A DNA stretch of 64,000 nt, from positions 64,001 to 128,000 of the forward strand of contig JBFXLE010000002.1 of NCBI GenBank assembly GCA_050173015.1, written 5' to 3'. Shown in pieces: positions 27,482 through 37,478 of the stretch. Both the position numbers and the translations under genes were made by a program. Origin of the DNA: Calditrichaceae bacterium (GTDB lineage: Bacteria > Calditrichota > Calditrichia > Calditrichales > JBFXGD01). How positions within the stretch are numbered: the stretch's first letter is position 1; each line of letters opens with the position of its first letter. The notes under the pieces were generated by a model, which made no database searches, was not told the DNA's origin, and saw only the letters and a list, made by a program, of their open reading frames with translations.

Positions 27482-29811
27482 TGGAAATTAAAAAAAACTG
27501 GGATCTGTTTATCCAAAACCTGGATAAATACAAGGTTGGCGGGTCACCCGCAAGGGATATATTGATTAAATTGAGCTATTTTTTGGTTTTACTCTTTGTG
27601 ATACCGCTGCTCTTTTCGACGGAGAAATCCTTTAAGTACACGGACATGAAGGTTGGAAGCATTGCTACCAAAAAAGTGGTCGCGCCCTATAATTTCTTTG
27701 TGCTTAAAACAAAAGATGAATTAAAAGAAGAGCGCAAATCCGCGATAGAAGTAGTCCCGTATTATTTCGTTTATAATGATTCTATTACAACCAAAGTTAA
27801 ATATGTGACGGATAATTTAATTCCCTTTCTTCAGAGAAAAAAACCGAATGGAAACATAGAAAACCTGGTAAACCTGCAAGAGAGTGAGAATCCGTTGATT
27901 CAAATTCAGACAGGGGTTAAAAGACAATTTAATATTAATATCACCACTACCAACCTGATGGTATTGTATGATATCCTGAATAATGCCGCCAATAAATATG
28001 AATTTCAGGGAATTTTAAAAAACGCCACGGGGGACATCAAAGCAGGCATAATTAATATAAATTTAAAAGATGTCACCCGGCCAAATATCGTCGTACTGAA
28101 AAATGGGGTAGAAGAATCACTTCCGGAAAACTCCCGCACCGACATGTTGACTTTTAAGCAGGAATTAGAGCTTATTGCTCAAAAAAAATTCGATCCGAAT
28201 CAGGCAACAGTTATAAATTACCTGCTCAATCAGATTATTCAGCCTAACCTTATCTACGATGACGCGCTGACAAAAAGAGCGGAAAACGAGGCGTTTAACA
28301 GTGTTTCACTCACTAAAGATATGGTGTATGAAAACGAACGCATTGTAGACGCGAATGAAAGAATAAACGCTGAAATTTATCAAAAGCTCTATTCTCTAGA
28401 AGTATCCGAAGTCGAGCGCAGTAATCAGGAAGGAAACTGGCAGATACTATTTGCCTTTCTCGGAAAACTGATGTTGTTGGGAGCGGTGTTATTTATTGTC
28501 GGGCTATATTTATTTTCATATCGGAAAAAGATTTTCGCTGATAATAAAAAATTACTGATGATCAGTATGATCATATTAATTCAAATGGTTCTCGCCGCCA
28601 TTATTTCAGGACCGCTAAACTGGCCGGCCTATTTGATCCCAACTACCATTTCGTCAATGCTGCTCGCTATTCTGATTGATTCGGGGATCGGTTTTGTGGG
28701 AACGGTAGCTGTGGCGCTCATTCTCGGGGGTATTCAGGGCGGAGGGTACGATATTGTTCTTATTACGATCGTCAGCGGTATGATTGGTATCTATTCTGTG
28801 CATCATATCCGGAACAGGAATCAGATATTTAACGCAATTTCGTTTATAACGCTCGCCTATCTCTGGGTTATCATTGCTCTGAGCGCGCTCCGATTTGATT
28901 CATTTGCGGAAATTATTAAAATATTCGGATATAATTTTTTACCCAATGCCATATTTTCACCGTTCATCGCCTTCATGCTTCTTGGGCTTTTCGAACGTAT
29001 GTTTGATATAACCACCGATGTCACATTACTTGAGTTATCGGATCTAAATCATCCGCTATTGAAGAAACTTTCGATGCAGGCTCCGGGTACCTTTCATCAT
29101 AGCATGGTCGTTGGAAACCTGGCTGAATCTGCGGCAAAAGCCATCGGTGCAAATTCTTTGCTAGCAAGAGTCGGCAGCTATTATCATGATATCGGCAAGA
29201 TGGAAAAACCTGAGTATTTTGTCGAAAACCAGATGGACGCGGAGAACAGACATTCAAAATTATCACCAAATATGAGCGCCCTTATCCTTGCCTCACATGT
29301 TAAAAACGGCATCGATATGGCAAAAAAATATAATATTCCAAAGCTCATAAGGGATTTTATCCCTGAGCACCATGGCACCAATATTATGACATATTTTTAC
29401 CAGAAGGCTCTCGATTCAGCAAGTGACAAAGATGAGATTTACGCGTCCGATTTCAAATATCCCGGACCAAAGCCTCAGTCAAAGGAGACTGCGATTGTCA
29501 TGATCGCTGATGCCGTTGAAGCGGCCACAAGAACTATCCGCAACCCGACTCCTTCAAAATTCAGGTCATTTATTGAGACACTCGCTGATCAGCGTTTTCA
29601 GGACGGAGAATTAGATGAAAGCAGTTTGACATTCAAAGAACTGAAAATGATAATTGACGCGTTTATGCCGGTACTATCAGGGGTTTTTCAACACAGGGTC
29701 GATTATCCTGAGTCAGATAAAACGAAAGGTTCAGGAAAATCAAATAATCAAAAAGAAGAAAAAGAAAAAGTCGCTAAAAATGGAAATTCAAATACACCAG
29801 CTCAATCCTGA
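27481..29811 (+). CDS. pgpH: 7TM-HD (HDIG) membrane phosphohydrolase, PgpH-like c-di-AMP phosphodiesterase
   Basis: Extracytoplasmic domain, 7 TM helices, APGTFHHS, YYHDIGK, EHHGT, YPGPKP, ADAVEA; TAATG coupling to the upstream gene; adjacent to ybeY. Confidence 0.88.
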   Translation: MEIKKNWDLFIQNLDKYKVGGSPARDILIKLSYFLVLLFVIPLLFSTEKSFKYTDMKVGSIATKKVVAPYNFFVLKTKDELKEERKSAIEVVPYYFVYNDSITTKVKYVTDNLIPFLQRKKPNGNIENLVNLQESENPLIQIQTGVKRQFNINITTTNLMVLYDILNNAANKYEFQGILKNATGDIKAGIININLKDVTRPNIVVLKNGVEESLPENSRTDMLTFKQELELIAQKKFDPNQATVINYLLNQIIQPNLIYDDALTKRAENEAFNSVSLTKDMVYENERIVDANERINAEIYQKLYSLEVSEVERSNQEGNWQILFAFLGKLMLLGAVLFIVGLYLFSYRKKIFADNKKLLMISMIILIQMVLAAIISGPLNWPAYLIPTTISSMLLAILIDSGIGFVGTVAVALILGGIQGGGYDIVLITIVSGMIGIYSVHHIRNRNQIFNAISFITLAYLWVIIALSALRFDSFAEIIKIFGYNFLPNAIFSPFIAFMLLGLFERMFDITTDVTLLELSDLNHPLLKKLSMQAPGTFHHSMVVGNLAESAAKAIGANSLLARVGSYYHDIGKMEKPEYFVENQMDAENRHSKLSPNMSALILASHVKNGIDMAKKYNIPKLIRDFIPEHHGTNIMTYFYQKALDSASDKDEIYASDFKYPGPKPQSKETAIVMIADAVEAATRTIRNPTPSKFRSFIETLADQRFQDGELDESSLTFKELKMIIDAFMPVLSGVFQHRVDYPESDKTKGSGKSNNQKEEKEKVAKNGNSNTPAQS

Positions 29812-30214
29812 AATAAAAGTTACCGAAGAGCAATTATTGAAAGTATGCGAAGTCGTTTGCGCAGAATTGGCGCTTTCGGATGGAAGCTGCGATTTTATTT
29901 TTGTTGATGATACAACTCTGTCCAAAATGCACGACACTTTTCTTAATGACCCGGAGCCAACGGATGTGATCACCTTTAACCTTAGTGATGATGAGATTGA
30001 GGGGGAGGTCTATATCAGCTATGAAAGGGCAATCGAACACGCTGGTATATACTCAGTTAGCCCGGAGGAAGAAATTGTCCGTCTTATGATTCATGGTCTT
30101 CTTCATCTAAAGGGTTATGATGACCGGAGCGAAGATGATCAATCTGAGATGAAAAGAGTAGAAAATCATTTGATCGGGATCGCTAAAACACAGGTATTGC
30201 CCGGTATTCTATAG
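29780..30214 (+). CDS. ybeY: rRNA maturation endoribonuclease YbeY
   Basis: PTDVITF, GEVYIS, HGLLHLKGYDD. The third His of the usual H3XH5XH motif is Asp here. Confidence 0.92.
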   Translation: MEIQIHQLNPEIKVTEEQLLKVCEVVCAELALSDGSCDFIFVDDTTLSKMHDTFLNDPEPTDVITFNLSDDEIEGEVYISYERAIEHAGIYSVSPEEEIVRLMIHGLLHLKGYDDRSEDDQSEMKRVENHLIGIAKTQVLPGIL

Positions 30215-30357
30215 AAAAGCATATTTTTTTGTATTTTAGACAAAATACATATAAATTTTGGCAAGGATTTTTAAGAACTCCGGCATTCGGCCGGTGGGAC
30301 TTAATAAATTTATTTTATATTACAAGGTTGAACTTACAAAGGAGGAAATAACTGGTT

Positions 30358-31656
30358 TTGGACCCGTCATCGTCGTTTTATATACTTGTTTTTTTATTGT
30401 TATTGGTGATGTCAGCATTCTTTTCAGGCTCAGAAACTGCTTATTTTTCACTTACAAAATCCACAATAGCAAAACTATCCCATAGTAAACATGCCATGTC
30501 AAGGCAGGTTTCACAATTATTGAAAGAGCCCAAAAAACTATTGATAGCAATTATCATCGGAAATACAGTTGTAAACGTAGCTACCGCGTCTCTCGCGGCA
30601 ATTCTTGCTACCGGGTTAATTGCAAAGTATAGTCTGAATAAGATGCTGGTCCTAATGATCAATGTCTTTTTGGTCACCATTGTCATCTTATTTTTTAGTG
30701 AAATTCTACCAAAAGTGACGGCCATAAAGAGCAGCAAAAAAATTGCGATTAAGTTCGCTTATCCTCTGACCTTCTTCTACTATCTTTTTTATCCTGTTAC
30801 TATATTGTTTGATTTTCTGACACACGGATTATCAAGATTTTTATCAATCGATAAAGATAAATTCAGCCTGACGGAAGATGAACTTCGGACTCTGGTTGAT
30901 GTCGGCGCGGAAAAAGGTGCGCTGCAAAAAGATGAAAAAGAAATGATTCATAGTATTTTTGAAATGGGTGATACCATTGTCCGGGAAATTATGGTACCCC
31001 GAATGGATATGATCTGTCTTGAAAAAGGGGCAAGTCTTTTCCAGGTGCTTAAAGTGGTCAAGGATAAATTGCATAGCCGGATTCCCATTTACTCGGATAC
31101 GGTAGATAATATTGTTGGAATTTTGTTTGTAAAAGATCTTTTGCCGCTGATTAAAAGAAAAACTATTGACGATTTTGATCTGGCTAAACTGGCTCACCCG
31201 CCTTATTATGTTCCGGAACAGAAAAAGATCAATGAGCTGCTCAGAGAATTTCAGGCCGAAAAAATACACATGGCCCTGGTGGTCGATGAGTATGGCGGAA
31301 CCTCCGGTTTGGTAACTCTTGAAGATGTCATCGAGGAAATCGTCGGTGAAATACAGGATGAATATGACCGCGAAAAACCGCTATACAATGTAATAAATGA
31401 TAATACCTTCGTTGTCAATGGAAGTATGCAGCTGGAAGAAATTAATGATGTTCTTGATCTTGATCTTCCAACTGAAGAAGACTTCGAGACCCTCGCCGGA
31501 TTCTTACTCAGTCAGTTTGGATCTGTTCCTAAGGTTAAGGAGAAAACAAGCTGGAACGGATACGAATTTACGGTTGAAAAAGTTTATAGAAGAAGAATAG
31601 AACTGGTAAAAATTATAAAAAAAATAGAAGAGGTCAAGCAAATTAATAAACCATGA
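30358..31656 (+). CDS. HlyC/CorC (CNNM/DUF21-CBS-CorC) Mg/Co transport-associated protein
   Basis: SAFFSGSETA, SEILPK, VREIMVPR, SRIPIY, VDEYGG, TLAG; TTG start after GGAGG. Confidence 0.92.
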   Translation: MDPSSSFYILVFLLLLVMSAFFSGSETAYFSLTKSTIAKLSHSKHAMSRQVSQLLKEPKKLLIAIIIGNTVVNVATASLAAILATGLIAKYSLNKMLVLMINVFLVTIVILFFSEILPKVTAIKSSKKIAIKFAYPLTFFYYLFYPVTILFDFLTHGLSRFLSIDKDKFSLTEDELRTLVDVGAEKGALQKDEKEMIHSIFEMGDTIVREIMVPRMDMICLEKGASLFQVLKVVKDKLHSRIPIYSDTVDNIVGILFVKDLLPLIKRKTIDDFDLAKLAHPPYYVPEQKKINELLREFQAEKIHMALVVDEYGGTSGLVTLEDVIEEIVGEIQDEYDREKPLYNVINDNTFVVNGSMQLEEINDVLDLDLPTEEDFETLAGFLLSQFGSVPKVKEKTSWNGYEFTVEKVYRRRIELVKIIKKIEEVKQINKP

Positions 31657-31720
31657 CACTTCTGAACTGATTAACCTCTGATTCCCTTTAAGAATCTGAC
31701 TTCAAGGAAAAATATAACCG

Positions 31721-33127
31721 ATGCGCGACACCGGAATAATCGAATTACAGAAAATCCCTTCTGTGAACTGGTTTCTTGAGAAACTTTCCGGATCCTATCC
31801 CGGTGTTGATACTCAATACATCAAGAGAATCATCCAGATGCACCTGGATGATATCAGATCCCGGCCTAACCACTACAAGATTTCGAAAAAAAGCCGTGAA
31901 AATCTTCAGGATGACATCATCATCGCTATAACCGCGGAGATTCAGGCACTACTAAGAGGATCGTTAATGCCGGTGATAAACGCGACCGGTGTTGTCTTGC
32001 ATACGGGCCTGGGCAGGGCGCCTCTTAATCCTGAATTGTTGAAAAATTTAGATCAAATCGGCCGTTATACAAACCTTGAGATCCAGTTGGAAAACGGCAG
32101 AAGGGGACAGCGAAACGATCATTTATCACGATTACTCAGCATATTAACCGGGGCTGAGGATGGCCTTGCTGTTAATAATAATGCCGCCGCGGTAATGCTT
32201 ATGCTCCATAGCCTGGCAAATCGTAAGGAAGTCATTCTCTCGCGCGGCGAAATGATTGAAATTGGCGGCGCTTTCCGTATGCCCGAAGTCATAAAAATGA
32301 GCGGTTGTAAACTGCATGAAGTCGGCACTACAAATAAAACACATCTGGATGACTATGAAAAGGCAATTAATGAGCGCACTGCCGCCATATTAATTTGCCA
32401 TCCGAGCAATTTTGAAGTGAAGGGATTCTCTCAAAAACCTGATATTAAAGAAATTATTGCAATCGGGAAAAAATATAAAATTCCTGTGATCTATGATCTT
32501 GGAAGCGGATCGTTGTTAGATACCACTAAATTTGGATCTGATTCAGAACCTGTTGTTTCGGATATTATCGCCATGGATATCGATATGGTGTCCTTTTCCG
32601 GTGATAAACTTCTCGGAGGCCCGCAGTCAGGCATTATTGTCGGCAAGAGACGCTGGATCCGGAAGTGTGCCAAAAATCATTTGCTGAGAGCTCTCAGGCT
32701 GGATAAAATTATGATCAGCCTCCTGCAGAAAACATTAATTCAATATTTAGAGGGGGATGCTGTCCTTCAGAAATTGGATGCTCTGCAGTCCCTTACGTTA
32801 AAAGCTGAAAAATTAAAAAGTCGCTGTGAAAAAATTACAGAAAAATTACCGGAATCAGTAAAGAAAAGCATAAAAATCATTCCATCCTCAGGAAAAGTCG
32901 GGAGCGGGGCTTATCCCTTAATGCCGCTCCCCTCATATGTCCTGCAAATTAAATCTGAACATCTTCGCCCTGATAAACTGGCAAAGAAATTCAGAACCCG
33001 GGCGGTGCCTGTATTTGTGAGGCTTGAAGATGAATCAGTGCTGATTGATCTGAGAACTGTGAGCAGTGATGAAGAGGCGGAATTGAAATCCGCTCTGATT
33101 GATTTGATACCGCGAATAACTGAGTGA
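31721..33127 (+). CDS. selA: L-seryl-tRNA(Sec) selenium transferase
   Basis: VINATGVVLHTGLGRA, NNNAAA, EIGGAFRMP, EVGTTN, DLGSG, FSGDKLLGGPQ, RALRLDK. Confidence 0.96.
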   Translation: MRDTGIIELQKIPSVNWFLEKLSGSYPGVDTQYIKRIIQMHLDDIRSRPNHYKISKKSRENLQDDIIIAITAEIQALLRGSLMPVINATGVVLHTGLGRAPLNPELLKNLDQIGRYTNLEIQLENGRRGQRNDHLSRLLSILTGAEDGLAVNNNAAAVMLMLHSLANRKEVILSRGEMIEIGGAFRMPEVIKMSGCKLHEVGTTNKTHLDDYEKAINERTAAILICHPSNFEVKGFSQKPDIKEIIAIGKKYKIPVIYDLGSGSLLDTTKFGSDSEPVVSDIIAMDIDMVSFSGDKLLGGPQSGIIVGKRRWIRKCAKNHLLRALRLDKIMISLLQKTLIQYLEGDAVLQKLDALQSLTLKAEKLKSRCEKITEKLPESVKKSIKIIPSSGKVGSGAYPLMPLPSYVLQIKSEHLRPDKLAKKFRTRAVPVFVRLEDESVLIDLRTVSSDEEAELKSALIDLIPRITE

Positions 33128-33577
33128 TACCTATTATTTTAATCTAATATTCCCCGGATTTGAGCAGTTCCGGTCATTCCGCGAGAAAGATAAAAAAAAT
33201 CGCCTGATTAAAAATTCAAAATTTCAATGATTTATTCATCTTAGTGATTCCCCGTTCAATTACCGCACTTTTTTTAATCGATGTTTTGTCCCTGATTCAA
33301 GTCATATAAAAACAATGGTTAACAATGCTTTATTAATCGAATTCAGATAAAAATATTCTATGCGGACAATAATGTACCGCTTATTTGTCATTGTATGAAT
33401 AATCAGAGTAAAAAGTATGTGAAAAAAAATTTAAATTATAATGGAATTAATTGCTTACAGATTTGTATATTTTGTGTATTGATCCATGTTTAATTCAATT
33501 TTCGTCTTGGGATAGAATGAAAAGAAAAATTTCAATAAACGCCATTTTATCATGCTTTAGATGAGTAGGAGGTATTA

Positions 33578-34972
33578 ATGGATTCACCATTTTTCTTGAT
33601 TGGCGTCGTAATTCTGGTACTTGCACTGGGCTTTCTTATATTTTTCATGTTTCGGCAATACCAGAAAGTAGGACCTAATGAAATCTTAATTATTTCAGGC
33701 GGACGTAAAAATGTTGTGACCTCACCCGATGGTATTCAAAATGAAATCGGATTTAAATACAGAATCGGAGGGGGCGCTTTGGTAAATCCGTTCACTCAGC
33801 GGGTAGAAAGACTGCCTATTGAGGTGATCCCTGTCGGTGCCAAAATTCCCGAAGTATTATCCAAAAACGGTATTCCTATCACGGCGGAATTTACCGCGCA
33901 GGTTAAAATTGATACCAATGATTATTCATTATATCTCGCCATTACCAACTTTTTAAGCCGTGGAACCGAGGGCATTCTGGAAGTCTCCACAACCGTTCTT
34001 GAAAGCATGGTGCGTGAAGTTATCGGTACTTTCACTGTGGAAGAGATATTTACAAAACGGAACGAATTCTCAAAAAGAGTCAACGAAGCGCTTCGCGTGG
34101 ATTTTTCGAAAATGGGATTGGTTCTTATGTCGTTTGGTTTAAAAGAAATCAGTGATTCCCAGGGATATATCGAGGCGCTGAGCAAACCGCATATCACGGC
34201 AGCCAAATATCAGGCGGAAGTTGACCGGGCCGAAAAGGACAAAGAAATAACGATAAAATCAGCCCAGGCTAAAAAAGAAGGGGAAATCGCCAGACTTGCC
34301 GCCGAAGCCGAAGTTGCCAAAGCATCATGGAACAATGAAGCAAAAAAGGCTGAATCACAGGTCGATGTGAACCAGAAAAAAGCGCGCGCGGATATGGCTT
34401 ATGAACTTGAGCGATTTAAAATTCAGCAAAATCTCAAAAAAGAAGAATATGGCGTCAAAAAAATTGAAATGGAAGAAGCAACCAAGCTCGAAGAGATGAG
34501 TATCAGGAAAAAACAAAAAGAGCTGGAAGCGAATATTTTAAAACCCGCGGAAGCCAGAAAATTTCAGGTTAAAACGGAAGCAGACGCGGAACGTTACAGG
34601 ATTGAAACCGAATCCAAAGGAAAACTCGAAGTCAGAAAACAGGAAGATGCCGCTGACGCGGACAGGATTAAAATGATCGGTAACGCGGAAGCGGAATCAA
34701 TGGCTAAGAAGTCAAAAGCTTACGAATCATACAATCAGGCGGCCATGTATGAAATGATCATGGAGAAGATGCCGGAGATAGCCAGAGCGGTTTCTGAGCC
34801 CCTGTCAAAGCTGGATAAAATTGTGATGATTCAAAATGACGGCAAGTTAGGAACATCAAAACTGACCGGACAGATAACCGATATCATTGCTCAGTTGCCA
34901 GAGGTGGTCGAGGCGCTTACCGGGGCGGATATAAAAAAAATTATAAAGAAAAAAACATCGGATGAAGGCTAA
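33578..34972 (+). CDS. Flotillin-family SPFH protein
   Basis: N-terminal TM, PNEILIISG, SPFH domain, long Ala/Glu/Lys coiled coil, EPLSKLDKI, LTGAD; AGGAGG RBS. Confidence 0.92.
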   Translation: MDSPFFLIGVVILVLALGFLIFFMFRQYQKVGPNEILIISGGRKNVVTSPDGIQNEIGFKYRIGGGALVNPFTQRVERLPIEVIPVGAKIPEVLSKNGIPITAEFTAQVKIDTNDYSLYLAITNFLSRGTEGILEVSTTVLESMVREVIGTFTVEEIFTKRNEFSKRVNEALRVDFSKMGLVLMSFGLKEISDSQGYIEALSKPHITAAKYQAEVDRAEKDKEITIKSAQAKKEGEIARLAAEAEVAKASWNNEAKKAESQVDVNQKKARADMAYELERFKIQQNLKKEEYGVKKIEMEEATKLEEMSIRKKQKELEANILKPAEARKFQVKTEADAERYRIETESKGKLEVRKQEDAADADRIKMIGNAEAESMAKKSKAYESYNQAAMYEMIMEKMPEIARAVSEPLSKLDKIVMIQNDGKLGTSKLTGQITDIIAQLPEVVEALTGADIKKIIKKKTSDEG

Positions 34973-35076
34973 AAGGGACAAAACCTTTCTTTAGGTAATT
35001 ATAATTTTTAAACGCTGGTTCCGTTTTTGATATACGGGAGCGAATTTAAGGAATAATTTTTGACAAGGGGAAAAGA

Positions 35077-37422
35077 GTGGTCTCCGAACGGATAAAGAAT
35101 ATCAACATCTCGCCTACTATAAAAATTGCGGCAAAAGCGATCGCGATGAAATCAGAGGGAATAGATGTGGTGGATTTCAGTGTCGGCGAACCTGATTTTA
35201 CCACACCGCAGTTTATTAAAGACGCCGCGAAGAAAGCAATTGATCAGGATCTGACGAAATATACCATCAACAGGGGAATTGTCCCCTTGAGGAAGGCGAT
35301 TGCAAAGAAACTAAAGGAAGACAACAACCTTGAATATGATATTTCCGAAATTATTGTATCCAATGGCGCCAAGCAGGCTCTGTATAATGCAATTCTCTCA
35401 GTTGTAAATCCGGGTGATGAAGTCATTGTTCCCGCGCCCTATTGGGTATCATATCCCGAAATGGTGCTGCTCGCTCAGGGAAAGCCGGTCATCATTTCAA
35501 CAAAGGAGGAGAACGGATTCAAAGTGACTCCTGATGAACTTCGTAAGGCCATCTCCGCGAACACAAGGGCAATTATACTCTGCAATCCGTCAAATCCAAC
35601 CGGCGCGGCATATAAACGGAGTGAACTGCAAGCCCTGGCCGAAATAGTTGAAAGTGAAGATATCTTTGTTATTGCTGATGAAATATATGAGAAACTGGTC
35701 TATGATGATTTTAAATTTATCAGTTTCGCGTCACTAAGTAATAAAATCAGACAAAAGACCATATTGATTAATGGGGTCTCAAAAGCGTATGCCATGACAG
35801 GCTGGCGGATTGGATACGCGGCCGGACCTGCTGAACTTATCAATGGCGCGGAAAAAATTCAAAGCCACAGCACTTCGAACGCTTCAACTATTTCGCAATA
35901 CGCGAGCCTGGAAGCGTTAAACGGCCCGCAATATGAAATCTCCCGGATGACCAGTGAATTTCAGAAACGGCGTAATTACATCATGTATAAACTCGGAACA
36001 ATACCCGGTGTGTCCTGCCATAATCCTGAAGGCGCGTTCTATGTGTTTCCGAATATTTCTTCTTTCTTTGGGAAAGAATATAACGGCACTTATATACGTA
36101 ATTCTTACGGACTGGCCTACTATCTTTTAAGAGAAGCAAAAGTTGCGTTAATACCGGGAGCGGCTTTCGGAGCGGATGATTATATCCGTATTTCCTACGC
36201 GACATCGATGAAAAATATTGAAAAAGGCATGGAGCGCGTTACAGAAGCTTTGATGAAGCTGAAAACACCCGCGAGTGTAAAACATACAAAACTTAATAAC
36301 ATGGTCACCAGTCTTAAAAAACAGGTTTCAGTCGACTCAACCCTGAATATTGAAAAACGTGACGCTCTTGTGGCTGAAGCGGAAGCCCAGCTCAAATATG
36401 ATCGATATTTTGAATGGAACGCCAATATAAACGGGGTAATTGTGCAGTTAAGGACGAATAACGGGCATCTTTACGATTTCTGGATGGAGAACTGGTATCC
36501 GGCGCAGCTTGAAGCCGATATCGAGCCACACGGAATTATTTATGCCGTCGAAGGAGCCGTTGGAAGGGAGCCTTACGGATTTTACAATTCGGAAACAAAA
36601 ACGGGGATCCTGTTCAATAGCGATTATTACGGTTCTTTACGGAGCCTGGCATTAGGCCTGGTAACCGATGTTGGAGAACGTTTGTTTGATTTACACGCCC
36701 TGCGCGCCATGTCGGCTGATTATTCCGGGGCAGGATTTGCTGTGATGGGTCCGAAGGGAACGCATAAGACAGAGCTCTTCTACCGGCTTCTGCAGAATGA
36801 AAACATTGCCCTTCATTCAAACGATATAGTATTTGTGCGCTATGGGGGAGGATACGCTGCGGCGGATAATCCCGAACGGAAATTATACATCCCCACAAAT
36901 TCCGCCAGCGTGTTTCAAAGACTCGGTGAATTATTTGATCGCAGTAAATGTGAAAATGTGGTAATGAGCAAAGACGATTGCAAAAATCAAAAATGCCAGG
37001 CATTAGAAGAGTGCTCTCTTGACCGCGGCTATCCGTATTGTTATGAAGCGTCAAAAACCTCCGCCGCAATGCTCGATCCATACTGGATCGGCGGTATGCG
37101 CAAACATGTGAAACGCATTGATATCAGCACGGTATTCATATTAAAAAATGATCCAATCGGAAACGCCATCTCATTAATGGATCCTGATGAAGCGGTGCAG
37201 ATTCTGGAAGCCGGTTTTTCAAGCGGCGCCGTAATGGAAGAGGGACGGGGCAATTTGCCGTTCTATAATCCGCATTTATTATTGAAGACAACAGAGCGGC
37301 TGGAATTACAGAAAAAATCATTCCGCAAATTATTTAAGTCCGCCGCGTGTTATTCAGTAAATACCGGCGCCGGGAACTTGTCGGAAATTCAAAACCGTAT
37401 GATAGAAATTTTGTCAAAATGA
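35077..37422 (+). CDS. Aspartate aminotransferase (class I/II PLP, subgroup Ib) fused to a degenerate PEPCK/HPrK-like P-loop domain
   Basis: About aa 1-395: GEPDF, NGAKQ, PYWVSY, NPSNPTG, DEIY, SKAYAMTGWRIG, GAFY, RISYA. About aa 400-781: YYGSLR, GPKGTHKT, HSND, ERKLY, CENV, NP, VNTG. GTG start after AAGGGG. Confidence 0.85.
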   Translation: MVSERIKNINISPTIKIAAKAIAMKSEGIDVVDFSVGEPDFTTPQFIKDAAKKAIDQDLTKYTINRGIVPLRKAIAKKLKEDNNLEYDISEIIVSNGAKQALYNAILSVVNPGDEVIVPAPYWVSYPEMVLLAQGKPVIISTKEENGFKVTPDELRKAISANTRAIILCNPSNPTGAAYKRSELQALAEIVESEDIFVIADEIYEKLVYDDFKFISFASLSNKIRQKTILINGVSKAYAMTGWRIGYAAGPAELINGAEKIQSHSTSNASTISQYASLEALNGPQYEISRMTSEFQKRRNYIMYKLGTIPGVSCHNPEGAFYVFPNISSFFGKEYNGTYIRNSYGLAYYLLREAKVALIPGAAFGADDYIRISYATSMKNIEKGMERVTEALMKLKTPASVKHTKLNNMVTSLKKQVSVDSTLNIEKRDALVAEAEAQLKYDRYFEWNANINGVIVQLRTNNGHLYDFWMENWYPAQLEADIEPHGIIYAVEGAVGREPYGFYNSETKTGILFNSDYYGSLRSLALGLVTDVGERLFDLHALRAMSADYSGAGFAVMGPKGTHKTELFYRLLQNENIALHSNDIVFVRYGGGYAAADNPERKLYIPTNSASVFQRLGELFDRSKCENVVMSKDDCKNQKCQALEECSLDRGYPYCYEASKTSAAMLDPYWIGGMRKHVKRIDISTVFILKNDPIGNAISLMDPDEAVQILEAGFSSGAVMEEGRGNLPFYNPHLLLKTTERLELQKKSFRKLFKSAACYSVNTGAGNLSEIQNRMIEILSK

Positions 37423-37478
37423 AATAGTCACAAAGAAGTATGAATCTGAAATTTTGATCATTTAACGGGAAGTCTGAT

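Noticed and set aside
31692-31712. GACTTCAA upstream of selA, resembling the tRNA-Sec anticodon loop
   Set aside because: No anticodon stem, T-arm or acceptor stem, and the spacer is too short for selC.
33128-33577. 450-bp intergenic gap as a hidden nfeD gene, selC or sRNA
   Set aside because: No ORF of 60 aa or more in the track, no cloverleaf and no strong stems. It looks like AT-rich promoter DNA.
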